A stretch of 59,050 nucleotides of DNA from contig JAQWMC010000018.1 in the NCBI GenBank assembly GCA_029246985.1, positions 1-59,050 on the forward strand, read 5' to 3'. The DNA comes from Pirellulales bacterium. Its GTDB lineage: Bacteria; Planctomycetota; Planctomycetia; Pirellulales; UBA1268. Made by a program: the position numbers and the translations under genes. This document shows, piece by piece, positions 56,273 through 59,050 of the stretch (position 1 is its first letter; each line of letters starts with the position of its first letter). The notes beneath the pieces are model-generated. The model had not been told where the DNA came from and did no database searches. It worked only from the letters and a program-made list of their open reading frames with translations.

Positions 56273-57216
56273 TCCACCTAGCCGTCGCTATTGCATTCCT
56301 TCCATACAACACCCTTGTTGTTGCTGCTGGTGTTGCAGCGGTCGGGTGTGCTGCTGGCGTGATTGGTACGTTTGGCGTTCTGAGAAAGAGAGCGCTTGTC
56401 GGTGATGCTGCAGCACATGCTACGCTTGTGGGAGTTGCATGCGCCTTACTCTTAACAGGACAGCGTGATCTCGCTGTGCTTCTTGTCGGTGGCCTGCTCT
56501 CAGCAATGGTCGCTATTGTTCTTCTGGTTCTTATTCGAAAGTTCACTCGTACACGTGATGATGCAGCGACTGCGATTGTCTTGAGTGTGTCATTTGGCCT
56601 GGGCATTACACTGATTTCGGGAATGGTGAGTCGCGGAATTCCTGGAAGTGGTGGCTTGGAGCGATTCTTGCTTGGGCACACGGCATCGCTGACAGCCACT
56701 GATGCACTATTACTCGGAACTGTTTCAGTTGTCGGTGTTTTGTGCATCGTGGTCGGTTTAAAGGAAGCAACAATGGTTGCGTTCGATCCAGATTTTGCCG
56801 CGGCCGCCGGATGGCCTGCAGCGACACTAGATCTTGTGCTCATCGCTCTTATTGCGGTGATGGTTGTTGTTGGACTGCCAGCAGCCGGTGCAGTCTTGGT
56901 TACGGCGCTTGTGGTCATTCCTCCGGCTGTTGCAAGGCAATGGACGGAACGTCTTGTTCCCATGCTTGTCATTGCCGGGGCAGTCGGATTACTCAGCGCT
57001 CTGGGGGGAGTTGTCCTAAGTAGCCTCGCTGTCCAGGTGCCAACAGGCCCGGTTGTCGTTCTCGTGGCAACAGCATTTTTAATCCTTTCGATTCTCGTAG
57101 CACCGTGTCGAGGGATACTGTGGCGGACGCGATCAGTGAGTGGATTATCCTCTGTATCCCTCACGAAAACAGAAGTCGGCGCAGCCACTCCTCGGGTAAT
57201 GGAGCGAAAGCTGTGA
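56269..57216 (+). CDS. Metal ABC transporter permease (ABC-3 family)
   Basis: Polytopic, Ala/Val/Gly-rich. It has an ATGA overlap with the ATPase gene and a GTGA overlap with the next permease gene. Confidence 0.88.
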   Translation: MIHLAVAIAFLPYNTLVVAAGVAAVGCAAGVIGTFGVLRKRALVGDAAAHATLVGVACALLLTGQRDLAVLLVGGLLSAMVAIVLLVLIRKFTRTRDDAATAIVLSVSFGLGITLISGMVSRGIPGSGGLERFLLGHTASLTATDALLLGTVSVVGVLCIVVGLKEATMVAFDPDFAAAAGWPAATLDLVLIALIAVMVVVGLPAAGAVLVTALVVIPPAVARQWTERLVPMLVIAGAVGLLSALGGVVLSSLAVQVPTGPVVVLVATAFLILSILVAPCRGILWRTRSVSGLSSVSLTKTEVGAATPRVMERKL

Positions 57217-58505
57217 CGACTCTGACGGCTAACGCTACGTTGATATCCTGGTTGGATTCCATTGGGCCGTTGCACGGATGGGCGATTGCTACAGCAGCGA
57301 TTGTTTCTGCGTGCTGCGCAATTGTAGGCACACCCCTGGTTGTCCGTCGCATGAGCTTGCTGGGAGATGCAATCAGCCATGCTGTTCTTCCTGGGCTTGT
57401 CGTGGCAGTGCTCCTTGGGGCTCAGCCGGGTGGTATTGGTGTACTAATTGGCGCAACGGTAGCAGCAATGGTGACGGTCTGGTTCACTCGATTTCTGTAT
57501 CGCCAGGCAGGACTGTGGGAGGATGCAAGTGTTGGGGTCTCTTTTACAACGCTGTTCGCTGCGGGAGTTCTTCTGGTTACTCTGTCTGGTTCACGCGTTG
57601 ATCTTGATCCAGGCTGTGTGCTCTACGGCATTCTTGAACTGGTGCCTTTTGATACCGTGGATGTGTACGGGTGGGATATTCCAAGGGCTTTTCTGTCCGC
57701 GTCGTTCGTGTTGCTGATCGTGAGTGCTGGCATGTGGTGCACATGGCGCTGGCAGCTCTTCACTGCCTTTGATTATGATGCTGCCAAAGCTGCTGGTGTG
57801 CCAACTGTTGCAGTGACCATGGGTCTCTTAGTAGGCGTCTCACTGGCCACAGTAGCCGGCTTTGTGGCTGTCGGCGCTATTCTTGTTGTTGCGATGCTTG
57901 TGGTGCCTGCTGCAGCTGCCGAACGGTTGGTGCATAGACTTCATCATGCAGTGTGGTTAGCAGTTGTGATCGCTGTGGTTGGTGCTGTTGGGGGCTATCT
58001 GCTTGCGTGGAGACTCGGGACGTCTGCCGCTGGCATGATGGCGGTTGTATTGGGAGTTGAATACGTCATCGCCATCCTTGTTGCTCCTGATGATGGAGTC
58101 GTAGCTCGCTTGATTTCGAAGCTTGTCTACCTCTGGCGAGTGCAATGTGAAGATCGATTGGCCTCACTTTGGAGAGCAGAAGAATCAGGGCAGGCGAGAC
58201 ACGAAGACACATTTGGTGGGCTAGTGAATCGATGGTTGTGTGTGAATGGGCAGGTGCGAAAACAGGAGAACGGTCTTGTTCTGACTCCACAGGGGCGATT
58301 GAATGCGGAGGTCATTGTGCGGTCTCATCGGTTATGGGAAACCTGGCTTGGAAGGCACGTGGATTTACCAGTCGATCACCTTCACCCGCCGGCAGAGTGG
58401 ATTGAGCATCATCTTGGAGAACAAGTTCGGAAACGCATTGAGAATGAGCTTGGAAACGAAGACGTCGACCCGCACGGAAGCGTTATTCCGCGGGAAAAAA
58501 AGTAA
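57213..58505 (+). CDS. Metal ABC transporter permease fused to a C-terminal DtxR/MntR/TroR-like metal-sensing domain
   Basis: An ABC-3 permease body of about 296 aa runs from GTG at 57213. A ~134-aa extension (58101-58502) follows, carrying the DtxR-like motifs NGLVLTPQGR, SHRLWETWL, HPPAEWIEHH and DPHGSVIP. Confidence 0.85.
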   Translation: MTTLTANATLISWLDSIGPLHGWAIATAAIVSACCAIVGTPLVVRRMSLLGDAISHAVLPGLVVAVLLGAQPGGIGVLIGATVAAMVTVWFTRFLYRQAGLWEDASVGVSFTTLFAAGVLLVTLSGSRVDLDPGCVLYGILELVPFDTVDVYGWDIPRAFLSASFVLLIVSAGMWCTWRWQLFTAFDYDAAKAAGVPTVAVTMGLLVGVSLATVAGFVAVGAILVVAMLVVPAAAAERLVHRLHHAVWLAVVIAVVGAVGGYLLAWRLGTSAAGMMAVVLGVEYVIAILVAPDDGVVARLISKLVYLWRVQCEDRLASLWRAEESGQARHEDTFGGLVNRWLCVNGQVRKQENGLVLTPQGRLNAEVIVRSHRLWETWLGRHVDLPVDHLHPPAEWIEHHLGEQVRKRIENELGNEDVDPHGSVIPREKK

Positions 58506-58877
58506 CCCATGTCGTACTGTTTCATCGCCTGAGTTCCAGCTGATTCGGTTCATCGAGGCAGGCCATTTTGGTTTTCAAAACGGGTCAGGATCAAGGGGCA
58601 TTGTTGAAGCCTCGGGAAGAGTCATGAGCCACGTATTTCCTACAAACGGTACGAACTGGCTGCTGAAGCGGTCGTTCCTGAGGGAAAGGCCAGCAAGATA
58701 GCGGGTTTATTTGCGTCCGCGTTCCGGTGAGGGTATAGCCAAGTGATAGCGTGAGCAGTTCTGCACGCCTAAGAAGAAGGTTTTCGACCCTCCACTTCGA
58801 AGGCGTTTGCCACTGGAATCAGTGGTGGGCGGACTGCCGAAATAATCGTTTAATGGACTAACGCAGTGCACGGAAAA

Positions 58878-59050
58878 ATGATGCAACTTGTGAAAGAACG
58901 TTCTCCACGAAATCCAGTGCTGATCGCACTGATCACGATGTCATTGTTGCCGCTGGGGATTCTCGGTGTGGCAATGTATCAGTCGGCGCTGGTGGCAATA
59001 CGCGGAGCTGCATTCCAGCGGGTTGAGCTGGCATCTGATCTGATAGCAAA
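58878..59050 (+). CDS. 5' fragment of a membrane-associated (sensor-like?) protein running off the window
   Basis: ATG ATG at 58878 opens a frame to the window end: MMQLVKERSPRNPVLIALITMSLLPLGILGVAMYQSALVAIRGAAFQRVELASDLIA (one TM segment). It is too short to assign. Confidence 0.35.
   Translation, partial: MMQLVKERSPRNPVLIALITMSLLPLGILGVAMYQSALVAIRGAAFQRVELASDLIA

Noticed and set aside
56217-57380. 387-aa ORF on the minus strand, antisense to the two metal-ABC permease genes
   Set aside because: Its Ala/Thr/Pro/Arg-rich low-complexity translation is typical of a shadow frame opposite a GC-rich membrane-protein gene. The plus-strand permeases have clear family character and coupled start/stop overlaps.

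Overview
This is a densely coding chromosomal window with about 49 protein genes on both strands. It reads as core housekeeping DNA rather than an accessory island. From gene content and domain architectures I infer a PVC-type bacterium, probably a planctomycete: very long YidC, FHA-fused histidine kinase, Pro-rich membrane-anchored LysM protein, many GTG/TTG starts and 4-nt start/stop overlaps. No similarity search was possible, so this is inference only. Recognised content, in order: MBL-fold hydrolase; phospholipid genes plsC and cdsA; secreted HExxH peptidase and LysM protein downstream of rsmH; queA; Nudix-like protein; cysteine desulfurase and an A-type Fe-S carrier; cobL-type precorrin methyltransferase; PIG-L deacetylase; a membrane protein / FAD oxidoreductase / aldehyde dehydrogenase / FAD oxidoreductase group; a TetR-MFP-RND efflux operon; a small Cys-rich repeat protein; ychF; fatty-acid desaturase; mpg; msrA; pyruvate carboxylase; tsaB; metallophosphoesterase; yidC-mnmE; a long ALDH-superfamily protein; a UvrD/PcrA helicase; a TPR-like protein; rluD; an FHA-GAF histidine kinase; an M28-PDZ aminopeptidase; skp-lpxC-Gfo/Idh/MocA; an orphan ABC-2-like membrane protein; an M16 peptidase pair; a GNAT; and a TroABCD/Znu/Mnt-type metal ABC importer. 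I recognised no rRNA, tRNA, CRISPR array, transposase, integrase or phage genes. Nothing here looks like a defence island or a multi-gene novel system. The items most worth a second look are: (1) the last metal-ABC permease carries a C-terminal DtxR-like domain with metal-ligand spacing intact, analogous to chlamydial YtgC-YtgR; (2) a predicted-exported 116-aa protein built from three diverged 26-aa CxxC-x11-CxxC repeats; (3) a PDZ-like insertion in the periplasmic domain of YidC; (4) a 22-bp perfect palindrome over the tsaB stop codon. All domain calls come from motifs read by eye in the supplied translations.
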